A stretch of DNA of 64,000 bases from assembly GCF_009914755.1 (NCBI RefSeq), contig NC_060927.1, one strand, 5' to 3'. This document shows positions 16,384-29,438 of this stretch, in pieces (within the stretch, counting starts at the first letter, position 1; the number at the start of each line of letters is the position of its first letter). The notes beneath the pieces were generated by a model. It saw nothing but the letters and a program-made list of their open reading frames with translations. It did no database searches and was not told the DNA's origin. The position numbers and the translations under genes are program-made. Origin of the DNA: the human T2T-CHM13v2.0 reference genome, Homo sapiens.

Positions 16384-18608
16384 AACTTTTTTTAATTTTA
16401 ATTTTAGGTTCAGGGGTACATGTGAAATTTTGTTATATAGGTAAGCTCATGTCACGGGGGTTTGTTGTACAGATTATTTTATCACTTAGGTATTAAGCCT
16501 AGTTCCCAATAGTTATTTTTCCTGCTCCTTTCCCTCCTCCCACCCTCCGCCCTCTGGTAGATCCCAGTTTCTGTTGTTCCCTCCTTTCTGTTCATGAATT
16601 CTTATCATTTAGCTCCCACTTATAGGTGAGAATATGCAGTATTTGGTTTTCTGTTCCTGTCTTAGTTTGCTAAGGATAATGGCCTCCAGCTCCATCTAAG
16701 TTCCCACAAGAGACATAATCTTATTCTTTTTATGGCTGCATAGTATTCCATGGTGTACATGTACCACATTTTCTTTATCCAATCTCATTGATGGACATTT
16801 TGGTTGATTCCATGTCTCTGCTATAGTAGCATTTTGGTTGATTCCATGTCTCTGCTATCTTTATGGTAGAATGATTTATATTCCTCTGGGTATATACTCA
16901 GTAATGGAATTACTGGGTCAAATGGTGGTACTGCTTTTAACTCTTTGAGGTATCATCATACTGCCTTCCACAATGGTTGAACTAATTTATACTCCCACCA
17001 ACAGCATGTAAGCATTCCTTTTTCATTGCAACTTTGCCAGTATCTGGTTTTTTTTGTTTTGTTTTGTTTTTTTTACTTTTTAGTAATAGTCATTCTGACT
17101 GGTGTGAGATGATATCTCATTGTGGTTTTGGTTTGTGTTTCTCCGATGATCATTCATACTGAACTTTTCTTTCATATGCTTGTTGGCCACATGTATGTCT
17201 TCTTTTGAAAATGTCTGTTCATATCATTTGCCCACTTTTTAATGGGGTTATTTTTCTCTTGTAAATATGTTTAAGTTCTTTATAGATGCTGAAATTTGAC
17301 CTTTGTCAGATAGTTTGCAAATATTTTCTTTCATTCAGTAAGTTGTCTGTTTACTCTGTTGATAGCTTCTTTTGCTGTACTGAAGCTCTTAAGTTTAATT
17401 AGATTCCATTTGTCAAGTTTTGCTTTTGTTTTGATTGCTTTTGGTGTCTTTTTGAAATCTTTGCCCATTCCTATGCCCAGGATAGTATTGCCTAGGTTGT
17501 CTTCCAGGATTTGTATAGTGTTGGGTTTTACACTTAAGTTTTTAATCCATCTTGAGTTGATTTTTGCATATGGTATAAGGAAGGAGTCCAGTTTCAATCT
17601 CCTGCCTATGGCTAGCCAGTTATTCTAGCACCATTTATTGAATAGTGAGTCTTTCCCCATTGCTTATTTTTGTCAGCTTTGTCAAAGATCAGATGGTCAT
17701 AGGTGTGGTACCTTATTTCTGGGCTATCAATGCTGTTCCATTGGTCCATGTGCCTGTTTTTGTACCAGTACCATGCTTTTTTTTCTTTTAATTATTACTT
17801 TAGCTCTGTAGTATAGTTTGAAGTTGGGTAACATGATACTTTCAACTTTGTTCGTTTTACTTAGGATTGCCTTGGCTGTTCAGGCTCCTTTTTAGCTCCA
17901 TGCGAATTTTGAAATATTTTTTTCTAGTTCTATGAAGAATGTCTTTGGTAGTTTGATGGGAATAGCACTAAGTCTATAAATTGCTTGGGCAGTATATCCA
18001 TTTAAATGATACTGAGTCTTTCTATCCATGAGCATGGCATATTTTTTCCATTTGTGTCTTCTCTGATTTCTTTGAGCAGTGTTTTATAATTCTCATTGTA
18101 CAGATTGTTCACCCCCTTGGTGAGCTGTATTTCTAGGCATTATATTCTTTTTGTGGCAATTGTGAATGAGATTGTGTTTCTGAATTGGCTTTTGGCTCAA
18201 CTGTTGTTGGTATGTAGGAATGCTAGTGAATTTCGTATGTGGATTTTATATCCTGAAACTTTGCTATAGTTGTTTATCAGCTGGAGGAGCTTTTGGGATG
18301 AGACTATGGGGTTTTATAAGTGTAGAACTTCTCTAAAGTTCCCAGGTCTCCATGTGTGCTTGAGCAGCTGCTCTGCTGAGACTCCACATAGCTCTCTGTG
18401 TCAGACTGAAGGCTCTGGTGGAGTGGGTTCATGAGGTGATCTCCTGACCTGAGGGTTACAAAGATCCATGGGAGAAAAGTGGGTTCCCAGGGTAGCACAT
18501 TCACTCACTATTTCCTTGCTTGGGGGAGCTTCCCCTGGCTCCGTGTTGCTCCCTGATGGGCTTTCGTCCTGCCTTGCTATTCTCCATTCTCCAGGGGTCA
18601 AGTTGTTG
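16384..18608 (-). mobile_element. Older L1PA (PA13-16-like): 3'UTR and 3' ORF2 joined directly to a 5'UTR piece
   Basis: L1 3' end at 16384; ORF2 remnants (17331-17597) to about 18328, then 5'UTR-type sequence at 18329-18608. Confidence 0.85.
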
Positions 18609-18649
18609 TAAGTGGATAGGAATGCCTTATTTCTTATTTGTTTCTTGCT

Positions 18650-18805
18650 CTTCCAAGAGTGGTCCATGGACCAGCACTGATAGCATTTCCTGGGAGCTGG
18701 TTAGAAATACAGAGTTTCAGGACCTATCCCTGACTGTTGAATCAGAATTTGCATTAGGATATGCTAGTGATTCACATTCACATGAAAGCTTGAGAAGTAC
18801 TGCTT
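18650..18805. mobile_element. MER5A-like DNA transposon relic
   Basis: GTGGTCCATGGACCAGCA...CTGGGAGCTGGTTAGAAAT...GAATCAGAAT...AAAGCTTGAGAAGTACTG. Confidence 0.7.
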
Positions 18806-19180
18806 TAGTTCATTACCGTTAATTGTCCTTTGATTACTCCTATAGGAGGTACTCCTCAACTTGTCTTCTCAATGGGATTACCAGGGGAGCATCCCAAAAC
18901 ACTGATGTTGTGCCACATCTCTAAGAAATTATGATTTAATTGAGCTGGGATGTGACTTGGGCACCAGAATCATTAAGTGATTTCCTAAGTGATGTGAATG
19001 TGCAACCAATTTTAGGAGCCACTGCCATGTACCTTCCATACTAGTTCTGTCCTGTTTGAAAAGTTTTCCTAGGTCTGTATCCTATACTATTTTGAGTTAG
19101 TTTTCTTGCCTACCAATTTCATTCTGTATGCCTCCTATTTTGAGGAAATTTCCATAAAATGCTATTTCATTAATGATATA

Positions 19181-19286
19181 TTTTTAATTCCCCAATATTG
19201 TTATGTATTTAAATTTTAAGCTTCAGCACTTTCAAAGAGAAATACAATCCAGGTAGGATAGTTTTATAGATTGATATAATATTTAC
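19181..19286. repeat. 106-bp dispersed inverted duplication, copy B (probable donor)
   Basis: Its reverse complement matches 12599-12704 with 2 mismatches; it lies in AT-rich sequence with no recognisable repeat. Confidence 0.95.
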
Positions 19287-19352
19287 TTTCCTTCATTTTT
19301 CTTTTTAATGTTCTTTATTCTTCTTGGCATGGCCAAATTGCTTAAAATCTAA

Positions 19353-19872
<520 letters not shown>

Positions 19873-20329
19873 AGCTATAGGGTTGTCAAGCATTGTCAAT
19901 GGCTAATAAATACTGCAGCAAGTATATTTTTAAAATATTATTTCACAATTGAGACATTGTTTACTATCTTTATGATAGGTGTGTATTTTTTAATTGATTT
20001 TATTCTATACGCTGGTTTATAGATTGTCCTGAGTTTGTGGAATTTTGTTCTTTATTACTAAGACTTTTAATATGAAGGAGTTTACAAATCTAGCTAGCTA
20101 GCTAGATCATAGACCAGGGGTCCCAATATTAGAATAAGAAAAAAATTATCAAATGAGTAATCTACTAATGGTCATTGTTTGGAGTGAATTGTGGCTAAAA
20201 TTACCTTAACTTGAAAACAAGAACACATTTACTCAACATGCTGATCCTTCAGTTCTATTCCCAAGGTTAAGTATATAAGGATTCTATCTTTATTAATGTC
20301 CTTTTAAGATGGAGTATATATTAAAATGG

Positions 20330-21130
20330 TTTTTTGAATATATACTTGGAAGTGGAATTACTGGGTCAGATGGTAGTTCTGCTTTTAGTATTTTGAGGAA
20401 TCTCAATACCTTTTTTTATAATGGCTGTATTACTAATTTACACTGACAATGTATGAGTTCCCTTTTTTCCAGCATACTCTCCAACACTGATCTTTCATCT
20501 TTTTGATACAAGCCATTCTTACAGGTATGAGGTGGTATCTCACTGTGGTTTAAATTGGTATTTTCCTAATCATTAATAATGTTAAGAACTTTCTAATGTT
20601 TCTATTGGCCATTTGTACATCTTAAATTGAAGTGGGGGAATCCTATAATTTCTGACACCATGAATGAATTTGGAGGATATTATGTTAAGTGAAATAAGCC
20701 AGGCACAGAAAGGCAAATACTGCATGTACTTTTAGATATTAAAGCTAATAAAGTTGAACTTGTAGAAGCAGAGATTAATGATAGTTACCAGAGACTGAGA
20801 GGCAGCAGGGTGGGGAGCAAAGAAATTGGAAGTTATTGATCAATGGGTACAAAGTTTCACATGGGAGTAATAGGTAGGTTTCACAATCTATTGCACAGCA
20901 GGGTGACTAGTCAATAATAATGTATTATATATTTCAAAATAACTGAGAGAATATATTTCAAGTGTCTCACCATTAAAAAATGATAGGTAAATGAGGTGAT
21001 GGATAGGTTAATCAGGTTGATTTAATCATATCTCATTGTGTACATATATCAAGACATCACCCTATACCTCATAAATGTATACAGTTATGATGTGTCAATA
21101 AAAATAATATAATACATTTAAAGATAAAAA
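20330..21130 (+). mobile_element. L1MA-type 3' end with an inverted 5' segment (20330-20625 minus)
   Basis: A minus-strand ORF2 C-terminal piece abuts a plus-strand ORF2 end and 3'UTR with AATAAA and an A-rich tail. Confidence 0.7.
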
Positions 21131-21575
21131 TATATATTTTTGTAAAATAAAACAGACCAAGGGCCTGTCACAGATTGTGGGAAACAACAATGAAATACAA
21201 TGTGTGATCCTGGGTTGGATCCTGGACTAGAAAAGGACAGTTGTGAAAAAACTAGTGAAATTCAAATAAAGTCAGCAGATTAGTTAATAGTATTGCATAA
21301 ATGATAATTTCATGGTTTTGATCATTGTATTATAGTTATTTAGGATATAAACATTAGGGAAGGTGAGTGAAGAGTATGTGGGAACTCACTATATTTATTT
21401 TTCAACTTTTCTTTAAGTCTAAAATTATTTCAAAATTAAAAGGAAAACAAAGCAAAACCAAAAGTACATCTACATTTTTAACATACATTTGTATTTGTAT
21501 TTCTTTTATTTTATACAAGGAAACCTAGTTAACAGTTTGTTAAATCCTCATAATTCTGGTGAACAAAGACCCTAC

Positions 21576-22040
21576 TGTCACGTGTGTCCATATAGAAGAC
21601 CACCTAAACAGGTTTTGTGTAAGCAACAAGGCTGTCTATTCACTTGGGTGCAAGTGGGCTGAGTCCGAAAAGAGAGTCAGCAAAGGGAGATAGGAGAGGG
21701 GGCAGCTTTATAGGACTTGGATAGGCAGTGGAAAGTTACAGTTGAAGGTGGTTATCTGTTGTCAGCAGGGGAGAGGGTCACAAGGTGCATGGTGGGGAGA
21801 TCATGAGATCCATTGTCCAGGATGTCATAAGGTCGATTGATCAGTTAGGGTAGGGCAGGAACAAGTCATAATGGCGGAATGTCGTAAGATTGGTTAATCA
21901 GTTAAGGCAGAAACTGGCTGTTTCACTTCTTTTGTGGTTTTTCAGCTGCTCCAGACTCCTTGGCCCCTGCAGGCCATCTGGATGTATATGTGCAGGTCAC
22001 AGGGGTTACAATGGCTTAGTTCTGGTTCAGAGGCCTGATA
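21576..22040 (-). mobile_element. LTR7-family (HERV-H; LTR7C/7B-like) solo LTR
   Basis: The minus strand begins TATCAGGCCTCTGAACCAGAACTAAGCCAT...CCCCTGTGACCTGCACATATACATCCAGATGGCC, the LTR7 start; the interior contains GGGCTGAGTCCGAAAAGAGAGTCAGC. Confidence 0.88.
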
Positions 22041-23104
22041 TGGGCATGAACACATTACGAAAGAAGATGGTAGAAGTATAAAGTCAGAAGCACACGTGCT
22101 AAGCTTCCTATTTCTTTCTTTACTGATGGAATTAGCTGGAGATAAGATAGATCTTCAGTCTGCCAGTCAGAGGGCATATACAGTAGTAGTCACAGAAGTG
22201 AAAATTCAGTTTCCAAAGGGAGATTTCATCTTCCATACACAATTGTATTTCCTTTAAGCTACATTTGGCATGATTCATTTACATTTTTGAGCTGAGATTT
22301 TAGTTAAAACATGGCTAAATCCAGCCATAATGCTAATAGTCTTCCATTCACTGAAATAAGGTTGCAAATAGGTGGGAAGAGGTTGAAGTGAAGGTTTTCA
22401 CAATTGGAAATTAAATCTTGTCCTCCAGATGAAGGGGGCTTTTGTGCAGTGTAGACTGGAAGAAGTTTTTTCTATTATGCTTCACATTTCTAAAGCCAAC
22501 ATTTGAGCAACAGCTTTTCTTTCCCTCTTGAACATTTTGGAAATAAGGAGCCTTTATTTCCATGACGGTTGCCAGGCTCATTTCCCCAGTACTGCCTGAT
22601 CGTGTGCCTTTCATCGAGTTTCTGTGGGCTGTGTTGGCCTTTGGCAGAATGCTGCTGAATTATCAGGATGTAGCTCAGTGATTTGTCCTCAACTCCATGG
22701 AGAGACAAGAAACTTTCCTTGGCTAAATACAAACAGAAAATTAAAAAGGGAAAGTTATTTTATTTCAGGGAACATTTTTTGTTGCTATGGATTTGACAAG
22801 ACATGGATCCTTCATTTAATTTCATTTTTGTTTGTCCCATTCAGCATTTCTCTTCCATTTATGAACAGTTTTGGAAACTCTAGCAGCAAATGGGCTTGTC
22901 CCCAACACTTGGCTTGATATTCTGCATATGACAAATGTATCTTTTCCTATGGAATGCATTCTCTCAACAACCTGACAACTTCAGTTAGTCCACCTTTGCT
23001 TTGACCTGAAATAGCTAAACAATTGAGTCAATATAGTTGGATTCTGAATTCTCCAGAAAATGCCTCATTCAGCCCATTCACTTCCTTTTTTCTTTTGCAG
23101 GTTA

Positions 23105-23656
23105 TGTAACTGAGTACCTCCACTTTTCTAACAGGTGGTTTAGTTATTTTTTCCCCTCCCTTCTTTTCTCATTTCCCTGGTTCCACACTTCCTACTTAGC
23201 CCTTTAGAAATGCAAATATAACCTTTACCTCCTCCTCACCAGACATCCCCTACTGGGCAAGTTCATCTACGTGCTTCAAGAGAGATCTCTTAACAGTAGA
23301 TTTGCAGACGAAAGCATGCCCTGATGGAACTTTCACCTCCAGGGGTTCGCCTCAGGAGTGCATATTGAAAGCATGCCCACTTGGCCACTTTTACAACATA
23401 CTTCTGCCCAGGATGGCACCAACTCAACTGCCTGTTTGATAAGGCAAGAGCTAGCAGCTGCCCTTGTTCATTTCCTCCTCTACCTTATAAAAGTGCCCAC
23501 TTTCTGCTCCAAAAGTGAAGCAGCGTGGCAGGACATCTGTGCATCTTCCCAAAGCTAGCTTTGGAATAAATTCACTTGCTTTGTGTCAGACCTCTCTCTT
23601 ATTAATTGGACTCTGCATGTGGCAAGCAACTAACCCACATTTCAGTTACGGTTACA
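23105..23656 (+). mobile_element. ERV1-class solo LTR (subfamily uncertain)
   Basis: TGTAAC...GTTACA termini, TATAAAA near 23486, AATAAA near 23565. Confidence 0.75.
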
Positions 23657-24104
23657 CTATACAATGCTTCCTACAGTGGTATTGTTATGGTAGGTAGTTA
23701 GACATGAGTGGGGCAAGAGAGTCCCCCACCACCCCATGCAGGAATTTCAGATGACCATCAGGTGATGGTCAGGCAGTTGTTAAGCTCTCTCTCTAAAATA
23801 ATAATTGGTCACAGCTAGTGCCAGGGAAAGGTAGTCTCCCAATAGATAGAAACACCTGAAACTGGTGATCAGCAGCTTCCTGATAAGATCTCAGGACCTG
23901 CATAAGTGGGCTCAAGTATGCACATGAAGAGGCAAAATGTCAGAGTTTAACTGGTATATGATCTAGGAACACTTGACTGGTAAGGGGAAAATGCCTCAAG
24001 TGAGCATGTGCACAACTCCACTGAACACAGTGTGCATGCTCCTCTCCCAGTTGCTAGCAGGCCACTGTGCATGAGGACAGCCTACCCCAAAAGAAGAATC
24101 AGGG

Positions 24105-24681
24105 TGTAGGATATAATAAATTCCTCTTCAAAGGTTTTAGCCTGTAAATAGATAAGTACAATGATTTCTGAGATCCTCTCCAAAGAACCAATGTATCAGT
24201 ATATTCAGCTTCCCTGTTCTTTGTTCTTCATTTTAAAGTTTAACTTCCTCGTTCTCTTCATCTCCTTGCCCTGGTTTCAGTAAACAACCCCCTCCTAGCC
24301 TCTATCACCTGCTTTGTCCTGAGTCACCCCTGGTCACCTGCTCTGACCTGAATCATCCTGAGTCACCTGTTCTGTAACTGTCCTTCCCACCAAACTACTC
24401 ACCCTGCCACTCTGACTCATACCCTTGCTCTCTTTAAAATAGCCAATCAGAATTAGCTTAGACTGTGTGGTCCAACCCTAGCCAATAGGTGAATGACACA
24501 GCAGTAGGGGCTACCTGCATCAGGAATAAAAACCCCTTCCCCTCCCTTGTTCAGGTGTGCTCTCAGCATTGCTCCATCCACGAGTCACACCCTTCTATAG
24601 AAGTAAAATCGCCTTGCTGAGAAAATTAAATTTATGTTTGAGTGCTATTCCTTTTGTGGCACTGAGAATTTATTTTTAACA
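24105..24681 (+). mobile_element. LTR10-family solo LTR nested in MER50
   Basis: TG...AACA ends; AGGG/AGAG flanks; CTCTTCAAAG and TTTAACTTCCTC motifs; short internal repeats carrying TGAGTCA. Confidence 0.75.
24320..24419. promoter_or_regulatory. AP-1 motif cluster within the LTR10
   Basis: TGAGTCA at 24320-24326 and 24359-24365, TGACTCA at 24413-24419, near-match TGAATCA at 24349-24355. Confidence 0.55.
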
Positions 24682-26629
24682 AGAGGAGAAGGAACACAAG
24701 ACCCCAGAAGTATGCCAACATATAAAACCCCAAGTCAAAGGTCAAACCAGACACTTAAGTCCTCAAATCACCTGCCTGGACCACTTCCAAGCATACTTTC
24801 CTTCCTTTCGTTTCTGTTCTAAAGCTTTCTAATAAGCTCACTCCTGCTCTAAAATTTGCCTTGGTCTCTTACTCTGCCTTATGCCTCTCAAATTCTTTCT
24901 ATTGAAGAGGAGAGATTTGAGGTTGCTGCAGACCCATAACAATTCACTGCTGCTAAAATACTTTGCTTCATGACTCAGAGACGTTCACTAGTGCTAATAG
25001 TATGGGCTTTTATCATAAACATTTTGGGATAAATTAATGCCTATTAGCTGTCTTTAAATATTGGAAAAATTAATCATCATAGCGATCACATAATAATAAA
25101 TTTGGCATCTTACATTTGTCGGATGCTTTATTCTGGAACAAGTGCTCTGCTACATATTACCACATTTTTGATCTCACAGCAGCCCTAATATAAGTTCATT
25201 TGAGTGCCAGCCTCTGTCTAACCACCTTTTCAACTCTGACTGTGGAAACCACAACAAGTAATAGTAATGTGGATCTTCACTTTAGGTATTCTACACAGGG
25301 AAGAGAATGAACTTTGTGCTGACATCATCTGCCAGCTTCCCAGAAGCCCTCCCTAAATGTCTATCTGTCTCACCAAATTTTTACCCCACAGCAGGTACTG
25401 ATACCCAAGTCTCTTTACTTATATATCCCACTCCTCTCCCGCAGTCCCACAGTCTCTCAGGACTATGCCATTTCTAGTTTTTAGTTCTCCCTTCCTTAGT
25501 GCCATTTTTATCCTTCCTTCACCTGCATACCAGTTCCTGGGAGTACAGTTTGCCTCAAGGTAAGCATCCTTCCCTCAACCCAGAATTCTGGTGTAAAAAA
25601 TTATGTACTTTGTTTCACATGTATGAGTAAATGGAGGCAAAATAACTTAAGTAATTGCCTAAGATCACCCAGCTAGTAAACTGCAAATCTGAATTTGAAC
25701 TAGAATCTGACTAATTACTCTATTCTGTACTTCAAACCCGTTTTCCTTGTAGTCCTATCATTTGTATATTACCTTGTTTATGTCAAGGCTTAATGTCAGG
25801 TTTTATGTTTCCCATCATCACTCTTTGGGCAGAGTGATTACTTGGAGTCAGAGCTGAGATGTCCCAAGTGTGCTCAAAGGAGTTTTAAATGGGTTAGAAA
25901 AACATAACTGGATTGTTTATTTAAAAAGGAAACAAAACAACCCTTAGGTTATAAAGTTGGAGACAGCATAATTAAACAGGCATCCCAAGATGCAGTCTTT
26001 TAAAAGACTTCCTAGACTGGAAGTTCTCTTCTTCATTCACCCACACCACCATTACTACTCTGACAGATCTTCCCTTAGGGAAATCAATACAGTCACTCAA
26101 CATCTTAACATGTACAGCTGTCACTGGCCCCAGGCCATAGCTTTTGTTTTGCCTTTACCAAGTGAATGATAGTGAATGAATGAAATTGTATGGTTTTTTC
26201 TTTTTAATACAATGAACCTCTACTTGACAGACTCCTACGTTTTCCTATATAGGCCTCTGTCTGGTCTGATGGGGTTTTGTGTTCTTTTTCCCTTAGCTTG
26301 TTCTTTTCAGAAAAAGCTAGGGTTTCACATCTCACCCCTCTAGTTAGTGGTTCTCCAGCCTGACTTTACGTTGATACCACCCTGGGAACTTCTATAAAAT
26401 ACTGATGCCCAGACCCTAACACTGATCAATTAAATCAGAATCTTGGGGGTGGAGAGGAGTCTATTATGCAACTTCTGGCTTATGTGACCATTATATTCAA
26501 CTCAGTTCCTAAGTTCCCACTGAGATATGATTACGGGACAGGTAGTTCAGGAGACTACAGAAGAGGTTATACTTTACAATTTCAGCATGGAATTTAGCAA
26601 CAGTTTGTGATATTCTTGCTTATAATGGA

Positions 26630-27085
26630 GAGTACATTAATCAGATCTGACATAGTGATATTGAGTGACAAACCACTCCCAAACTTAGCAGCTTACATCA
26701 AGAAACATTTATTTCTTGCTCATGGGTCTATAGGCTACAGGTTTGGCTGGTTTAAGCTGAACTCTGCTGTGTGTTTTTCATCAGGCTTCAGATAAGTTGT
26801 ACTTTACTCCAGGTGGAAATGTGGTTCAAGTCTCTTTCACATGTGTCTCGTCTTCCTTGGACCATCCATTGAGTGCCCAAGGCATCTACTTTTCATGTCA
26901 GATCACTATCATGCAAAATCCAAACTCAATTGTTCTTAAAGATCTCTCCTTGTTTCATGTCCATTAATGTGTCTTTAGACAAAGTAATTCATGACCCAGC
27001 CCAACATTAATGGGATGGAGACATATACTTTGGCCGCAGTAAGAGAAGAAAGAAGATAAATATTTTCTTAACAAAGTCCACACTC
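26630..27085 (-). mobile_element. Old MLT1 MaLR LTR
   Basis: ACAAACCACTCCCAAACTTAGCAGCTT...CATTTATTTCTTGCTCATG...GACAAAGTAATTCATGACC. Confidence 0.6.
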
Positions 27086-27091
27086 TCATAA

Positions 27092-27903
27092 TGATATGGG
27101 TAAGAGACAGAGAAATACTGGGTAGGAGAGGGTTGTTCCCTGGCAAAGACCCCACCCTCAAGCCTGGATACATGTGATCCTAAGTGGGAATAGGCATTCC
27201 TGTTTTTGTGCCAAAAAAGTTGCCTTCTGGTACAACATGCCCCCCTATTCTGTGCCCATATAAACCCCAGACTCCAGGCTCCAGAAGGAGATGAGAAGAT
27301 GAACAGAAGAGCAGAAGAATGGCAGAATGGCATGGCAGAGAGAAGAAAAGGAGCATCTGAATGCCAAGAGGAGTTTGACTGGGTGTGGCCAGAGAGGAGT
27401 TCAGCTGCTGGATGATCAAACTCCAGGGGAAGATCATCTTCCCACTTCCTCCCTGTGCTAGTCCCCCATCGATCCCACTGAGAGCCACCTCTTCCACCCA
27501 AGAAAACCCCCACATTTACCACCCTTAAGTCTGTGTGTGAGTTGATTCTTCTGGGTTGCTGGATAAGAGCTCCACATACAGAAAGCTGTCACACTGGCCT
27601 TCTGCCATTGTGAAAAGGCAGAGGGTTCACTGAGCTGGTTAACACGTAAGCCGTCTGCAGATGGCAAAGCTAAAAGAGCGCACTGTAACACATGTCACAC
27701 CCACTTAGGCTTTGGGAGTTGCAGGCACACACCTCTAGTTGCTACCATGGGGCCAGAGCCCCAGAGCACTCACCCTGGCTCCTGTGCCTGCCTGTCTGCG
27801 TGCTCCCCCAACTCTAAAATGTTTGAGTGTACGGCAGCCGAATGCATAGGCCCCCACCCCTGTCGCATGTTCTGCAAGTGGTTCAGGGAACTCTCCCGTT
27901 ACG
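27092..27903 (+). mobile_element. LTR1-family solo LTR
   Basis: TGATATGG...GAAATACTGGGTAG...GGCAAAGACCCCACCCTCAAGCCTG start; perfect TSD ATAA (27088-27091, 27904-27907). Confidence 0.8.
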
Positions 27904-28534
27904 ATAAGGAGAAATACAAACTTGTTGACAATCTTAGAACATAATTGACTAAAGAATGACTGAATTTTCAACTATTCTGTAAATCTAAAATTATTCCAAA
28001 ATCAAGTTTATTAAAAAAGAAACAAAAAGTAAGCTACCATGTGATGAGGGAGACAGCTCTAGTCACTGGAAATGTTGAAACAGAGTATAGAAAATCTCTT
28101 GGTGGGAAGTATGTACAATGGACTGAAGCATGAGTCAATTATCCAGTGTATTTACTACATTTATATTGACATGTCACAGAGAGGAGGGGACAGAAAGTAT
28201 TGTGTATGACAGATTCAATATTAAAAATTGTCATGATAGGTTGCAACCAACCAGGTAAAATATCAAAAGGATAAACATAATGCCACACATTTGGGTTTAC
28301 AATCTCAATTGCTTTATATATATTAAATAAAAATGTATAGTACATAATTAATGAGTGTATGGTCTATATTTTATTAAATAATTGTTTAAATATAGCGTTC
28401 ATTAGAATTTCTAAATATCCTTGAGCATCCCGTGGCAGAATTAGTATGCAAGGTATCTTTTGGCCTAAGTCTTTAGTTGGTCATAGAGAACTGCTGGCTG
28501 GGGTTAAGACTACTAACAGTAACAGAAGCAGCAG

Positions 28535-28780
28535 CTAATATTTGTGGAGTGTTTACTAAGAGTCAGTTGTAGCTAAGTGCTTTACATAGATTAGTTCATC
28601 CTCAAAAATCCCAGTGAGGTAGAACTAATGCCTTTTCCATTTTACAGGGGACAAAACTGAGGCTTAGTGAGTTAAAGTAACTTTCCTGAGGTCCCACAAT
28701 TCATGATTGGTATTGCTGAAAGTTCAACTCAGGGTATCTGATCTTATAACCTGTTGGACGTAACCATTACAGTCTATTGC
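28535..28780. mobile_element. MIR SINE
   Basis: MIR core CCATTTTACAGGGGACAAAACTGAGGCTTAG. Confidence 0.7.
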
Positions 28781-29413
28781 CTGTGCATTTGAACTGGCAT
28801 GACATTTAAATACTAGTACTTTCCCCAGGAGCCTGTTCTGTGTATTAAGGGACTGCCCCTCGACAACTTGCTATTATGACACATTTTTAGGGTTATCCTG
28901 AAATGCTGCTATGTCTATTTTAGATAGATCTTCTCTCTGGGACTGCTCCATAAGTTTCTTACCAGCAAAATATGCTCTAAAAGCTGCCATACATCAGAAC
29001 TCCTCCCACAAATCTAAGTGACCACCCTCGCCACCACGAGAATCTATTTGAGACACAATCTCATTGTTGCAACTGCCTCCCACTTTGCTATCGATTATTT
29101 CCAACTTGCTGGAGGGAGCTAACGGCCAAATTAAAGGCTGGTATTTCCCAATCAGTCATCATTAGAGCTGCATTTATTATAGATAAAGTGACTTTCAGAG
29201 CCAGAATGACAACTTTAACAATGAAAAGAAAACATAAGAGCTCATTTTGTAATATGAACATAGCTCTCTTCAGTGAACAGCTAGATTTAGCCTAAAAATG
29301 CACTTGCAAATATCCTTTTTGTCTCATGCACAGTTTTTTCATATACAAGCACATCCAAGAAAATGTAAGTTCCAGCACTGCTCTTAAAAGGGGTGTGGAG
29401 CCCCGCAGATTTC

Positions 29414-29438
29414 TGTGTGTGTGTGTGTGTGTGTGTGT
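29414..29438. repeat. (TG)n microsatellite
   Basis: About 12 TG units. Confidence 0.95.

Larger units (their letters stand above)
23682..24998 (+). mobile_element. MER50-like LTR interrupted by an LTR10
   Basis: TGTTATGGTAGGTAGTTAGACATGAG start; the sequence resumes at 24682 after the nested LTR. Confidence 0.8.

Noticed and set aside
20090-20106. (CTAG)n palindrome, plus (CA)n near 12257 and (TATC)n near 6201
   Set aside because: Short ordinary microsatellites.
27007-27971. Cluster of overlapping ORFs up to 171 aa
   Set aside because: They lie almost entirely within an LTR1 solo LTR and show no recognisable protein similarity.
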